Below, one piece after another: positions 14,701 through 28,059 of a stretch of 64,000 nt of DNA. Made by a program: the position numbers and the translations under genes. The DNA is taken from the NCBI RefSeq assembly GCF_009914755.1, contig NC_060944.1; one strand, 5' to 3'. Every line of letters begins with the position of its first letter. Position 1 is the stretch's first letter. The stretch comes from the human T2T-CHM13v2.0 reference genome, Homo sapiens. The notes beneath the pieces are model-generated. The model worked only from the letters and a program-made list of their open reading frames with translations, did not search any database and was not told the DNA's origin.

Positions 14701-16329
14701 GTGGGTTTTTGGGGTTTTATCATCATCATTCATATCTCCTTACAGAGGAGCTCATGACCAATGAAGGCACAATTCTGCAGAGTAAACAAATGCAAATGGG
14801 GTGTGGGAGACTGGGTTTAAGCCATGGCTCTGATCTTGAGCAAATAACTTCCCCATACTGGACTTCAGTTTCCTTTTATCTGCTGAAAGAAGAGAACTGG
14901 ACAATCAATAAGCTCCCTTCCAATACTGCATTTTATACTTCCCATTCCTCAACAATAGGACTTTGAGGCTGTGTACAAACTATCCCCTAATTGAGAAGTT
15001 GGAAATGTAGTTTCTCTGCACCTCATGAAGAGGGACTTAGACTTTCTATTAGGAGCTGGCAACCCCCTGGTTTAAACCAACCCAAACCAGAGCAGTCCTT
15101 CATGCTTCCCTGCGCAGCTCTTATCTGACCTTAATGATTCCTGCTCTGTAAGAGATCCATTGAGCTGTAATTACTAATTGATGTTTGTAAAGTCTTTGAA
15201 ATTCTCAGGTGACAGATGTAATCAAAGGCCAATTTATTATGATAATTGTTATTAGTACAGCTCCTCACTATTTGTTGATGTTAATGGCAGGGCCAGCAGG
15301 TGTTTCAAGATTGACTGAGGGACTTAGGCTGGCCATGTTTGGCGGGAGGAAAAGAAAAATATGAGTGCATAAGGGATTTGGGACCCTCCTGGTTCTAGTG
15401 CACCCATATTCCTCTATGAAGCTATCTTGTGGGACTAGGGCTCGGCATGAAACGGAGCAGTAAATGCATAGGACTTTTAACTGCATTTTTCACATGCACA
15501 GATTCAACCCCAGCTCGTTCTCTTGTTTCTGGAGTATGCTTCAGCAAATCATAGCCTCTCACAGCCTTGGCTTGCTTGTGTGTTAAATGAGAATACATAT
15601 AGTGCCAATTTACACTTGCTGTGATTCGAGAATCTGTTTGAGACAAGCAATCGTGGATGTGGGAAGAAGCGTTAGGAGACTGTTGAGGTTGTCCAGGCAG
15701 AAGATGTTACTATCCAGAACTACGATGGTGGCACTGGAGATGAGAAAAGTGCATGGATTAGAGAGAGCTTCAGAGTGTAGAACAAAGAGAACTTGGTGAT
15801 GGCTGAATATAGAAGGTGATGTATAGCAGGAAACCCAGACTTTGCTGATAGGAAAGATGCAGGAATAACTTTGAAGGAGATGAATGAATCATTGCCTACT
15901 ATTTTCATCAGTGTCTTGTACATATGGTTCATGTCAATCTCTTCAACTGTGTAGCCCAATAAATTGCATTTATGGGTTTGCAAACTTGAGGACCATGATG
16001 TAAAAGATGACACTTGATGAAAATTCAGCCTCTAGGAGGAAAGGGACTGCAGAAGAATTGTCCCACTTCTCCACTTGCCTCTCCGTAAGTACGACATTCC
16101 CAAACTTCCTTTGACATCTCAATCCCTCTCTTTCTTTCAGGCAGCCAGTGTGTCAGCTGCCGTCTCTGGAAACCCTGGACTTCACTAATTTTTTTCCTCC
16201 TCCTGAATTCCCTGATCCCACGTCATGTTCATACTCTATTCAAATTTGATCCATGGGTTTAAAAACTCTGCCCCTGTGGATTCTGCTTGTTCTTTCCTGA
16301 GTGTACCTCTATGCTCTATCCCACCTGTG

Positions 16330-16530
16330 ATATGTAATAGCAATATCTGACATTAATTGGATGTTTATTGCATGCCAAGCACCGTGATAAGTGTTTTATT
16401 CATCTTATTATTTAATATTTAGAAACATTCTTATAAAGTTGATACTATGGGTGTTAATGTTTTCCAAAAGAAGAAGAGACTCAGAGAGCCTAAGTCACTT
16501 GCCTAAGGTCATGTAGCTGGTCAGTGACAA
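16330..16530 (-). mobile_element. MIR
   Basis: gagactcagagagcctaagtcacttgcctaaggtcatgtagct, MIR core. Confidence 0.7.
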
Positions 16531-17030
16531 TCTATGCAACAGGAAAGACCCCATGCTAGACATATTAATCAAAAATGCTGAGGTGAAACAAACTTGGAAA
16601 TTCACTAATCTTATTTAATAGCATTAATGCCATTTTATAGTGCAAGAAATAGAATCCGTGAGTGCAAATGTCTCCATTAACTTTTTATATTTTAACCTCA
16701 GATTTCATAGGATTGATATAAGAGGGACTAATTGAGTGTTTGAGCAAAAATGTTCTGATGACATTGACCAGCATCAACTCAGGGCTTCTTATACAAGGAT
16801 ATATGTGATAAATCACCCTCTTAGTGTCTTTCATGAAAAATATGTATGCTTCCTTCAAGTAAGAGAAGCTATGCAAACCTGCCACCTGCTCTTTTTTTCC
16901 TTGGCTTCGAGGAAGCTCAGGAGATACAGATAGTGTACCCTGCGCTAACCACCTATACTAGGCCTCTGGTGCAATGATTACTCTTTATTCCACTATAAGA
17001 TTCTTAGACTAATTTAAACTTTTTATTTTA

Positions 17031-17345
<315 letters not shown>

Positions 17346-17562
17346 TTAATTGAACATGTATACATACATACTCATATATACACATACATCTATATATATG
17401 CATGCTAAAATATTTATGTGTATATGCACATATGCTGAATTCTTGTTCTGTATATAAATTTCATAAAATTTACAGTTAAAAATTTAGATTCACATACCCA
17501 AGTGTTTCCACCAAAGATACTTCAAAGTTTTCCAATAACTGAATTGAGTATCAGTTTTAACA

Positions 17563-17605
17563 TGTGTGTGCACGTGTGTGTGTGCGTGTATGTGTGTGTG
17601 TGTGT
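17563..17605. repeat. Imperfect (TG)n microsatellite
   Basis: tgtgtgtgcacgtgtgtgtgtgcgtgtatgtgtgtgtgtgtgt. Confidence 0.9.
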
Positions 17606-19059
17606 TTTAGCAAGTATACCTTTACCTGAAAGGTCCTTTGCAAAGAGTTATCACGCCTACCATTTACTTGTTACAAAGGTCCTAGTGAGCTTGAAGGACA
17701 CATCTCATCCCTGTTTGACAGAGGGGAAACTGAGGTTTGGCAGGCAAGTATTCTGTCTATGGAGCTAAGAAACGGAAAAGCCAGTTCTAAAACCCATGGA
17801 TACCATTTCCAAATTCAGAAGTTTCTCTACTTTTTCACCATCTGAGGGCAATCAGTCCAAGCTTCACGAGGTTCCTTACATTGTAGGGGCCTGATGGAGG
17901 CAGAGATGCTGCTATATAGAAACTGAGGCTGCTATTTCCATGAACTTTGTTGGGACTGGAGTCTGGAGCATTTATCCCTGAAGGCCCAGGCTGACAAGAT
18001 TATCAGCTGTCAACATTTGGGTAACCTTCATCTCCCTTTCCAAATGAATTTAAAGTATATTTGCATGGGAAGGAAAATGTTCTTGCTCCCTCAGGTCTCA
18101 TACCATGATAATAAAATCTGTAGAAACTGTAAGTGGATGAAAAAATAAATTAGCAACCTGGGAGAGCTCATCTTGGTATCTGTACAAGGTGACACTTGGG
18201 GAATTTCTATCTTACCTAAGGAGAGAAGTCTGGGCCCCAACAGAGCTCCAGCAGGGGTTTAGAGTTTTAAGGCTCAAACAATGGAATGGAGGCCTGGAAG
18301 CAGGGATGCCCAAGTGAGTGGGTAAGCCCCAGGAGATGGAGTCCACTGAGGACTGGGAAAGAGTTCTAGGCAGATAAATGGGGCATGGAACCTAGGCTCT
18401 GGTGACAGACAAGAGCTGTGAGTGGATGTTTACCCGATTGAGATTTTCCTAAGGAGTAATGGAAAGGTTGTGATGATAATCCTGGAATCAAAGTGTCTAG
18501 TTCAGTCTTCCTCTCCACTTCAACAGGGCTCTGCAGAGCTAATAAAATCCAGGAATCGATTCCTTACATAGACTATAGTGACAAGTCAGCAAACGGTTAC
18601 GTGGGGGCCTCTGGGTCACAGCTCTCTGTTGCCTTGGCTCAGCTACCGATGGGTGGTAGAGGTCTAAGGTCTGCTGAGTTATAGAAGCATTGGAAGACCG
18701 TTGCTTTTCAGGGTGGAACAGCAGCACATTGAGTTTCAGGCATTTCTTTACCATTCCTCCATGGAGGTAAAGGGGAAAAGCTGTTACTAAAATCCCTCCT
18801 TCAGTGTGAAGTAACTGAGACCCCATGGGATTCCAGGGGCCTCTAGGTGTTCGTCCATCTACTGAAAAAATGTAGTCACTTTGTGAGACCAATCAAGGAA
18901 GCAGCATAGGTGAAAGCACCTTGCTTAATATCTGAGACACAGCAGATGCTCAAGCAATTGAAATTCCTCAGGATTTGTGGTATGAACTGCCCAGGTGCTT
19001 CAGGAGCAAGTCTGGGTATTATAAGAATATGAAGGGGAGGCTTAGTCATCATGGAAAAT

Positions 19060-19410
19060 TGTGGTAGTCATTGGGGAAGTTCTCAAATATTCCAGTTCTC
19101 CTAGGCATATAGAAGGCACTGCCTTATTCTTTCTGAAATTAAGTGTGGCCATGTGGTTAGCCTTGGCCAGTGGAATGTGAAAATGCTATGCACCACTTTG
19201 TATGGAAACTTGTAGAACGAATGCTCTATTTGCCACATTTTTCTTTCTCAGACTTGGTGGTGGTGTCAAGATGGACATTCTGTTGGCCTGAGTCTCTGCC
19301 TGCAACAAGCAGAGACCCTCTGCTGACCCATTTCAAATATATAGCAGAAGTGATCCAGTGAGATTTTGTTGTTGTTACTACAGAATAATTTAGCTTATCT
19401 TAACCAATAT
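19060..19410 (+). mobile_element. MLT1-type MaLR LTR (old)
   Basis: ttaagtgtggccatgtggttagccttggccagtggaatgtg...ttgttactacagaataatttagcttatcttaaccaata. Confidence 0.7.
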
Positions 19411-19673
19411 AGGAGTTTTCAAATAAACTTCCTGATGGGGTATCCAAGACCCAAACTGCCATGTGATCTCCTGATGATCTTAACTCGAACCCTCTAGAGC
19501 TTATATCTACAGCTTCTCATTCCATGTCTATCTGAGGTTTTCATAAGGACATGCGAACAGTCACTGAACTAACATGAGAAATAAGAAATGGGGTAGAAAG
19601 GGCAATATCATAACCAAAAGATAAGATCAATTGTGCCAAAAGACTCAACAGGAACAGATATCAGGCTTGAAAC

Positions 19674-20295
19674 TGTCAGAGACCTTTGAACCAGAGCAAC
19701 TCCATCTTGAATAGGGGCTGGGTAAAATAAGGCTGAGACCTACTGGGCTGTATTCTCAGGAGGTTAGGCATTCTAAGTCACAGGAAGAAACAGGAGGTTG
19801 GCATGAGATACAGGTCATGAAGATGTTGTTGATGAAACAGGTTGCAGTAAAGAAGCCGGCCAAATCCCACCAAAAGCAAGATGGTGACAAAAGTGACGGC
19901 TGGTCATTCTCCTGCTCATTATATGCGAATTATAATGCATCAGCATGCTAAAAGCCACTTCTACCGGCACCATGACAGTTTATAAGTGCTATGACAACAT
20001 CAAGAAGTTAGCCTATATGTTCTGAAAGTGGGAGGAACCCTCAGTTCCGGGAATTGCCCACCCCTTTCCCAGAAAACTCATGAATAATCCACCCCTTTTT
20101 TTTTAGCATATCATTAAGAAATAACCACAAAAATGGCCAACCAGCAGCTCATACTGCTGCTCTGTCTATGGAGCAGCCATTATTTTATTCCTTAACTTTC
20201 CTAATAAACTTGCGTGGACTTGCCTAGAATTCTTTCTTCCACAAGAACCAAGAATCCTCTCTTGGGGTCTGGATCCGGACCCCTTTCCAGTGACA
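19674..20295 (+). mobile_element. ERV1 solo LTR MER41B
   Basis: TGTCAGAGACCTTTGAACCAGAGCAACTCCATCTTGAATAGG...CCCCTTTCCAGTGACA; TG...CA ends; 4-bp TSD AAAC; contains the 43-bp GAS-bearing segment 20036-20078. Confidence 0.92.
20045..20074. promoter_or_regulatory. Tandem GAS (STAT-binding) motifs within MER41B
   Basis: TTCCGGGAA at 20045-20053 and TTCCCAGAA at 20066-20074, centres 21 bp apart; motif presence only, no functional evidence. Confidence 0.75.
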
Positions 20296-20339
20296 AAACC
20301 ATGTATGAGAAGTTAAACTAAGAGGAATACAGCCTGGGG

Positions 20340-20357
20340 TGAGTCATGGGTGAGTCA
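20340..20357. promoter_or_regulatory. Tandem AP-1 (TRE) motifs
   Basis: TGAGTCA at 20340-20346 and 20351-20357; motif presence only. Confidence 0.55.
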
Positions 20358-21679
20358 AGGCGGTCATCAGCTGGGACACAGACACAAGTCCTAAAGTCCT
20401 CCAAAGTTAGGAAGGTGTGTGCTTCTATGTGGAGTTTACTGGACAAATCGGTATATGCCAGGTAAGGATGCTCCAACCCTCTTCCCCCTCAGAAGAGGAG
20501 CCTCTGGAAAGCAGCCAAAAGAAAAAAGAACAAATAGTCCAACTGTAATGCGATAAGATACTTTAATATACATTGTCTAATTTACTCTCTCCCGATTTTT
20601 TTGAGGCAGATCATTAATCATATTTTCCATCTTGAGATGTTAAGTAAACTGTTCAAGTTCACATAGCTGAGAGCAGCCAAAATTCAAAGCCAAGTCTGTC
20701 TGATGCTCAACTCTCAGTTCTTTCCACTCTATCATGCCACAGAAAACCCATCCATGTGCAACCATTTCTTTAACAGTGGTTGGACACAAGTGAATATAAT
20801 TTCTCCCAATTCATTCAGAGACACAGAATTTTCCCTAACCTAGCTCTACCTAGATAATCCCCACTATTATAACGTGATTATACTGCAAGCATCATGACCA
20901 ATTCAACACAGCATCTGGTTTCCAAGTGCTCTCAAGAGGCAATTGAGTTCAAGAACTGGAGGAGGAAGTAGGAGAGAGAGAACAATCACCCTGCTACTTC
21001 CCACTTCTCTTATTTAGCTTAGCATTTGGCAGAGGCATCATCCAGGTTAAATGTACCCCTACATGATGGAAAGGATATGACAAGAAAAGACTTTTATCCT
21101 CTGCATAAATAGAACATGCATAACAGCATTGCCCAACAAAAGGTGGCTTCTGATGGATATTTGCATGAGTTTGCCACACTTGTTTTGCATCCAACCGTTA
21201 ATTATGGTCCTTTCAACTTCACAATTACGGCTAATGGTGGTGAGGATGCAGAGAACAGTAGATTCAGCAGACCTCATTCTGGGAAGAGTGTGAAACAAAC
21301 AATGCGAAACTGCACCCACCCGCTGTTTAGAACTGAGACAGCTACCCTGGGTACCATTTGGAGGATTTGGAGGAAATCAAGGCTGCCCAGGAGCCTGGAG
21401 CTTGGGAAATGAGACATCTGGGGAAAAAAATCTTACTACTATGATGGAGAAAAAAGGTCCTTTAGGACTCTTTTATCTATGGTGAAAATGGCTCAAACAA
21501 CATCTCTCATTCTACGCTGAATGGAAATTCAGACTGTACTGACACCTACTTGGTGCTTTTCATTATTCAATATCTTTTTCTTATTTAATCCTCAAACAGA
21601 CTGTGTGAAGTATATATTACTATTTCAATTTATAAGTGAGGAAACAGATTCATAGACAACAAGAAACAGTTCATAGTCT

Positions 21680-22100
21680 CATTCTTTCATTAATCCATCA
21701 AATGATTATTAGGTGTCTATTATGTGTTAAATAGTACACTCAGCATGGAGGATATAGCAGCTAAAAAAACAAAAAACCCAAACACACCAACCACAATTCA
21801 TCACTCTTGGAGCTCTCAGCATGCTGTGGGAGGCATGCAGTACCCAACAACATGTGCAAATAAAATACATATATATCTAGTGTAATATAGAAAGATAGTG
21901 GGTTAACATATGAGTGAGTGCTGGTGGGTGGTTCTTAGGTAATATGGTTGGACTCTTCTCTGGAGATGTGAGATTGAAACTCAGGCCTGAAAAATGAGAA
22001 GGTACTAGCTCTGCAAACAGTGAAGAAAAGACAGATGTAGGTAAAATGCACCCTGAATTAAGACCCCAAAGTGAAAAACATGTTGGAATGTTTGAGAAAT
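21680..22100 (-). mobile_element. L2 fragment
   Basis: cattctttcattaatccatcaaatgattattaggtgtctattatgtg, antisense L2 tail. Confidence 0.6.
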
Positions 22101-24849
22101 AATGTCTTAGGAAAGGTTCAAGACACGAGGCTTAGTTAAAATCTAGCAGGCATGTCTGAACCATATCTGAAGAACAGTGATAGGTTCTGGGCAACTCTTT
22201 TTGAGGAGAACATGATGGGGAAAATGAGCCTATCAGAGAAAAGGGTAAGTAGGATGAAGGATACCCAGAAATTATGCCATGTGAAAAATAAAAGAAGTAA
22301 TAGCATGTTAATTATCAATGAGAAATAACTTGAGTGGCCAGAGGAGGGTAGTTGGTACTGTCTTATTTTCTCTGAAAGGCTAACAAAGGAAAGAACGTTT
22401 TGATTTGTTCAAACCAATACAAGTGGCTACAAGGGGAGAGTCAAGGAGACAGAATTTAGCTCTATATGGGAAAAAAGCTTTAACAATTTTACCTGCTCCA
22501 CAAAGGAATCAACTCCCTTTCACTCCAGCAATTTGCATTGATCAAGCTGAAGCAATACAATGTGTTGCTAAGAATGCTTTATTGGAGATTTTTTTTTTGG
22601 CTTCTCGTCTAGACTAGATGACACTTCAAAGTCCTTCCTACTCTATGATGCTATAGTTCTATAATATTGCTATATCCAAAACAAATGGTTACAACATGGT
22701 CTAATTCATAAGAGACAGGTGTTGTGAATTAGGCACCAAAGACAGTGTGCCAGGACAAATGGGACTACATTTTTATCTGTAAGAAGGCATCAATGGATAA
22801 ATGTGAGATTACTAATTGGAACAAAATTCCCAACACAAGTGCCTGTGAACAACTCTTGTGTCATGAAAATGCCTGCAAGAACCCTGAGCAACATATCTTA
22901 TAGTGCATGCCACACTTGAACTCTGCATGGTGTTCACATGGCTGGATTAAAATACTTCATATTCACAGATCAACAAAGAGTCTATAAAATGTCTTTATCC
23001 TCATGCTGATAATAGTAAACATTTAATGACTGACTTCCACATTCCTAATGTGAAACCTAAGGATTCATTATTCGATACATTATTTCACTTATTTATTTTT
23101 GTTCTCTCCCCCACTAGAATGAAAACACGATGAGATCAGGGATCTTTGCTTGACTCACTGCTGCATTCTCAGCACTCAGAAAAATGCCTTTTTTGACATA
23201 TTGCATGTGCTTGACAGATGTTTCCTTAATTAATCCATCATATCTAATTATTTTAGTAGTTTACTGAAAGTCACACAGCTACTAGGGTTTTGTACCTAGG
23301 CAGTCTGATAGTAAAGGTTGAATTCATAGCCACTCTGTTAACCTGACAAACCATCCTTAACATCCGTAGAACAAAGATGTCCAGACCTCAGAATTCTCCT
23401 ACCCTTCCTTGACTAAAACTTGCAGGTAGAGTAGGGAGCAATGAAATTTGCTGATAGTAAATTATTCCACCTGGCTCACAACCATCCTGCAACAAATGCC
23501 CATTTCTGCTTTCCTTTCACTTGAGGTTAATATAACTCTATCTCATCCTTTGTCTTTAATCTTTTAGTGACAGAAATATGGGTAATTCTGATTTTTCTTT
23601 GACCTAAGCTGTTTTCTTTCTCTTTCACAATGGAGCAAAACAACACTTTTTTACCCCCCCGTCACCCCATATCAAATCTAGTGCTTTCATCTTCTGGCTT
23701 TTTTTATAGTTTTGATTTTCATGTTTACTTATAGTTTTCTTTATTTTCTTCATTTTTCTTCGTTGACTGTTGTTTCTCAGCTTTTTAAGTATAGATTGGA
23801 GAGCTGACTTTGTTTAAAAGAACTATACTTTTTAGTATTCTCAGTATCAGAAATAAAACAGTAATTATGTATTCCCTCTTGTCTAACATGAGAAAATGAG
23901 CAGATTTTTATTTACATTCATCCATCTTCCAACTTTGTCTTAGTTTTTGTTGATAAAATAGTGAATTATAGATCCAGATTAGAACTGTTAAGTTTTTACA
24001 TTATGCATCTTTGCCTTAAGTAGTTACATTTTACATTAACCTTCCATTTTGTAACACACTTAGAGCCATTATTGAGCATTAATGCTATGTTTAATTAGTT
24101 TTATGCTCACTGTAGGTCTTCGTATTCCACATTTCTCAATTCTTGATTTCTTTATTTTGATTAATTGCTCAGTCAATTGCTCTGTGAATGATTTATTAGA
24201 AGCAGGGAACGTGGGAGCCCCTGGATACCGAGAATGGCTTTCTGATGTATTTGCACACGAACAACAACTTGGCTGATAAAGAATTTGTGGATTATAACAC
24301 TTTCTCCTCAAAAATCCTCCAGGCTTAACATCATTGTCTGCTGCCCTTTATGATATGGAAAAATTTGAGAGGGACCAGGCAGAGATTTGTTAGACTGAGA
24401 ATGGCTGTTCTGCTTCAATGACCCTTTCACCCAACTCTTCTCAGTAAAATTTAATACTAAAGACAGTCATTTGAAACAGTGTGTAGTTTTTCCTTTGCCA
24501 GAAAAGTACAGCCTTCTGAGTGCCCAGCTCCCATTGCTTTTCCCCTGTCTGTTCCTGTGAGGTCAAGTGCACCCGCAAGACATGTGGCATAAGCACTCAT
24601 CCAATTCCATTCCTGCCTGTGTTTCGTTACTGGGAATCTTAGTTACAAAGCAAGAGTACATATGCATGGTGTGGAATAGAAGGCACAGGTAATTAAATGG
24701 CCTTGTTCATTTCTGAAGCAGTGTCAAAACTGCTTCTGAGATGAGGCAGTTTCAGAGTGAGATCCTTTTTTTTTTTTTTTTTTTTCCTCTATGGCAAATC
24801 CCTGAGTCTTGAAGAGGGAGGTCTCTGATATGATGTTTGGGGAGCAAAC

Positions 24850-25399
24850 TGTCGGAGGCATTTGAACCTGAGCAACTCCATCTTAAATAGGACCTGGGTA
24901 AAATGAGGCTGAGACCTACTGAGATGCATTCCCAGATGGTTAAGGCATTCTAACTCACAGGATGAGATAGGAAGTCGGTACAAGATACAGGCCACAAAGA
25001 CCTTGCTATAAAAACAGCTTACAGTAAAGAAGCTGGCTAAAATCCACCAAAACTAAGATGGCCATGAGAGTGACCTCTGGTAGACCTCACTGCTACACTC
25101 CCACCATCATCAGGACAGTTTACAAATGCCATGGCAATGTCAGGAAGTTACCCTATATGGTCTAAAAAGGGGAGGCATGAATAATCCACCCTTGTTTAGC
25201 ATATCAAGGAATAGCCATAAAAATGGACAAACAGCAGCCCTCAGGGATGCTCTGTCTATGAAGTAGCCATTCTTTTGTTCATTTACCTTCTTAATAAACT
25301 TGCTTTCACTTCACTATACGGACTTACCCTGAATTCTTTCTCACACGAGATCCAAGAACCCTCTCTTGGAGTCTGGATCAGGACCCCTTTCCTGTAACA
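24850..25399 (+). mobile_element. ERV1 solo LTR MER41A
   Basis: TGTCGGAGGCATTTGAACCTGAGCAACTCCATCTT...CCCCTTTCCTGTAACA; 4-bp TSD AAAC; lacks the 43-bp GAS segment (GGGGAGG|CATGAATAATCC). Confidence 0.92.
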
Positions 25400-26207
25400 A
25401 AACCTCTGTGGTTGGCTCAGGGCCAACCACTCTTATGGTGAGGACATTCCTTCTGATGTGCATTTGTTGGTTTCCCGGGTTCTATAGCCATGCTCTATTT
25501 CTAGGTTTTCTGAGTATCTTAGTGGGAAGAATAAAGTAAAGCTACTTCTTTCCCATCTCATCATGGAAACCCAACCACAACTTTTGATATGTGCCAAGAG
25601 CAGGGAAAGCCACACCTTCTTAGAGGGTTGTGCTGAACTGATAAACTGGCCAGTGTGGGATGCCGAGAACCGAGAACAAGATGAGTCCCAGATGCTTCTG
25701 CCAATTTTTATGTCTTCCTGCTCAATACATCAGAGTGCTTCATGCAGCGGGAAGACCAGATGGACAGGTGGAAGGCAGTCTGGCAGCTTCTCTTTGTAGT
25801 CTTATGCTCTCTGTGAGGAGTGTTGCTTGAACCAGTAATAAATGCAGAACTGAAATACCACAGTGGAATTTAAATGGGTATGTGGACATTCTAAATGTTA
25901 ATTAGTTCCTCAATCCGGGTTTCTCACCAAGCACTGACTGCCATTGACAGATTAAACTCTCAATCTTGGCCACCCAGAGCCTGCCCAGGCTGTTCCCCAC
26001 ACACTTCACCAAATCTTGCTTCTGTCTCAGGCTTCCCTTCTCCAGCAAGCTTCTCAGTTCTCCATGTTATACACTGCATAACAAGGCACATGACAGACTC
26101 CCTTACATTTCTATAAGCTCTTGGAGGGTACATACTACATAAACTTAATATGAACTGTAGGGCTTAGCATTTGTTGGTGTTTGTTAAAAGAAATATGACC
26201 ACTTTGG

Positions 26208-26594
<387 letters not shown>

Positions 26595-27054
26595 TTAGCT
26601 TGCAGAAAAGACAATCTTATGGGCACATTTATATAGAGAAGAAAAGGGTGTTAGAAAAGATCTTATGTAACTGAAAGACTATAAACCAAGAAGGTGGTTG
26701 CATTGGTTTTGTAGGATGCTAAGAGTGTGAATCAAGAACAATGGATAGAAACTTCAATAGGAAATATTTCAGTAAGTACATTAAAAAGCCTCCTTAGAGA
26801 CACAGCCCACTCCCTACTCCAGAAAACAGTAAAGCTACCTCAGAGATAAATGAGTTCTCTGTCATTGGAGGTATTCAAGAATAAGCACTAATGCCAGTTA
26901 ATTGGTGTTGTAGTATGGATAGAACCATTGTTTTGTGTGTGTTTGAGATTGTTGAATGACCTTTGATATGCTTTCCAGCCCTGTGATTTTCTAATATTAT
27001 GACTGGTGCCAATCCTCGACCAAAGAAATATTTGACACAAAAATGGTTACCTTG

Positions 27055-27171
27055 CGTGAACCCGGGAAGCGGAGCTTGCAGTGAGCCGAGATTGCGCCAC
27101 TGCAGTCCGCAGTCCGGCCTGGGCGACAGAGCGAGGCTCCGTCTCAAAAAAAAAAAAAAAAAAAAAAAAAA
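27055..27171 (+). mobile_element. 5'-truncated AluYb8/Yb9
   Basis: Diagnostic 7-bp duplication GCAGTCC-GCAGTCC, CpGs intact, pure A26 run, TSD AAAAATGGTTACCTTG at 27039-27054 and 27167-27182. Confidence 0.95.
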
Positions 27172-27376
27172 TGGTTACCTTGTTTTTGGAGAAACACTAT
27201 TTTCTAATGTGACCAATGGCAATGAAAAAGGGCGTATTAATCACTAATCAACTAAACCATGATTAGTGCATTCCTAGATAGCAAATTGATAGATATTATT
27301 ATTATATATGAAGAACTTAAGGATCAGAGAGGTCATGTAATTTCCTCAAGTAAAGCACCATCTCTTTACTTTAATA

Positions 27377-28058
<682 letters not shown>

Positions 28059-28059
28059 C

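Noticed and set aside
24767-24785. Isolated poly-T run as a retro-insertion (also ~4263-4277 and ~31215-31229)
   Set aside because: No flanking TSD or element body; simple mononucleotide runs.
19674-25399. Intact MER41 provirus
   Set aside because: Interior holds MIR/L2/L1M host sequence with no gag/pol remnants; each LTR has its own TSD and they belong to different subfamilies.
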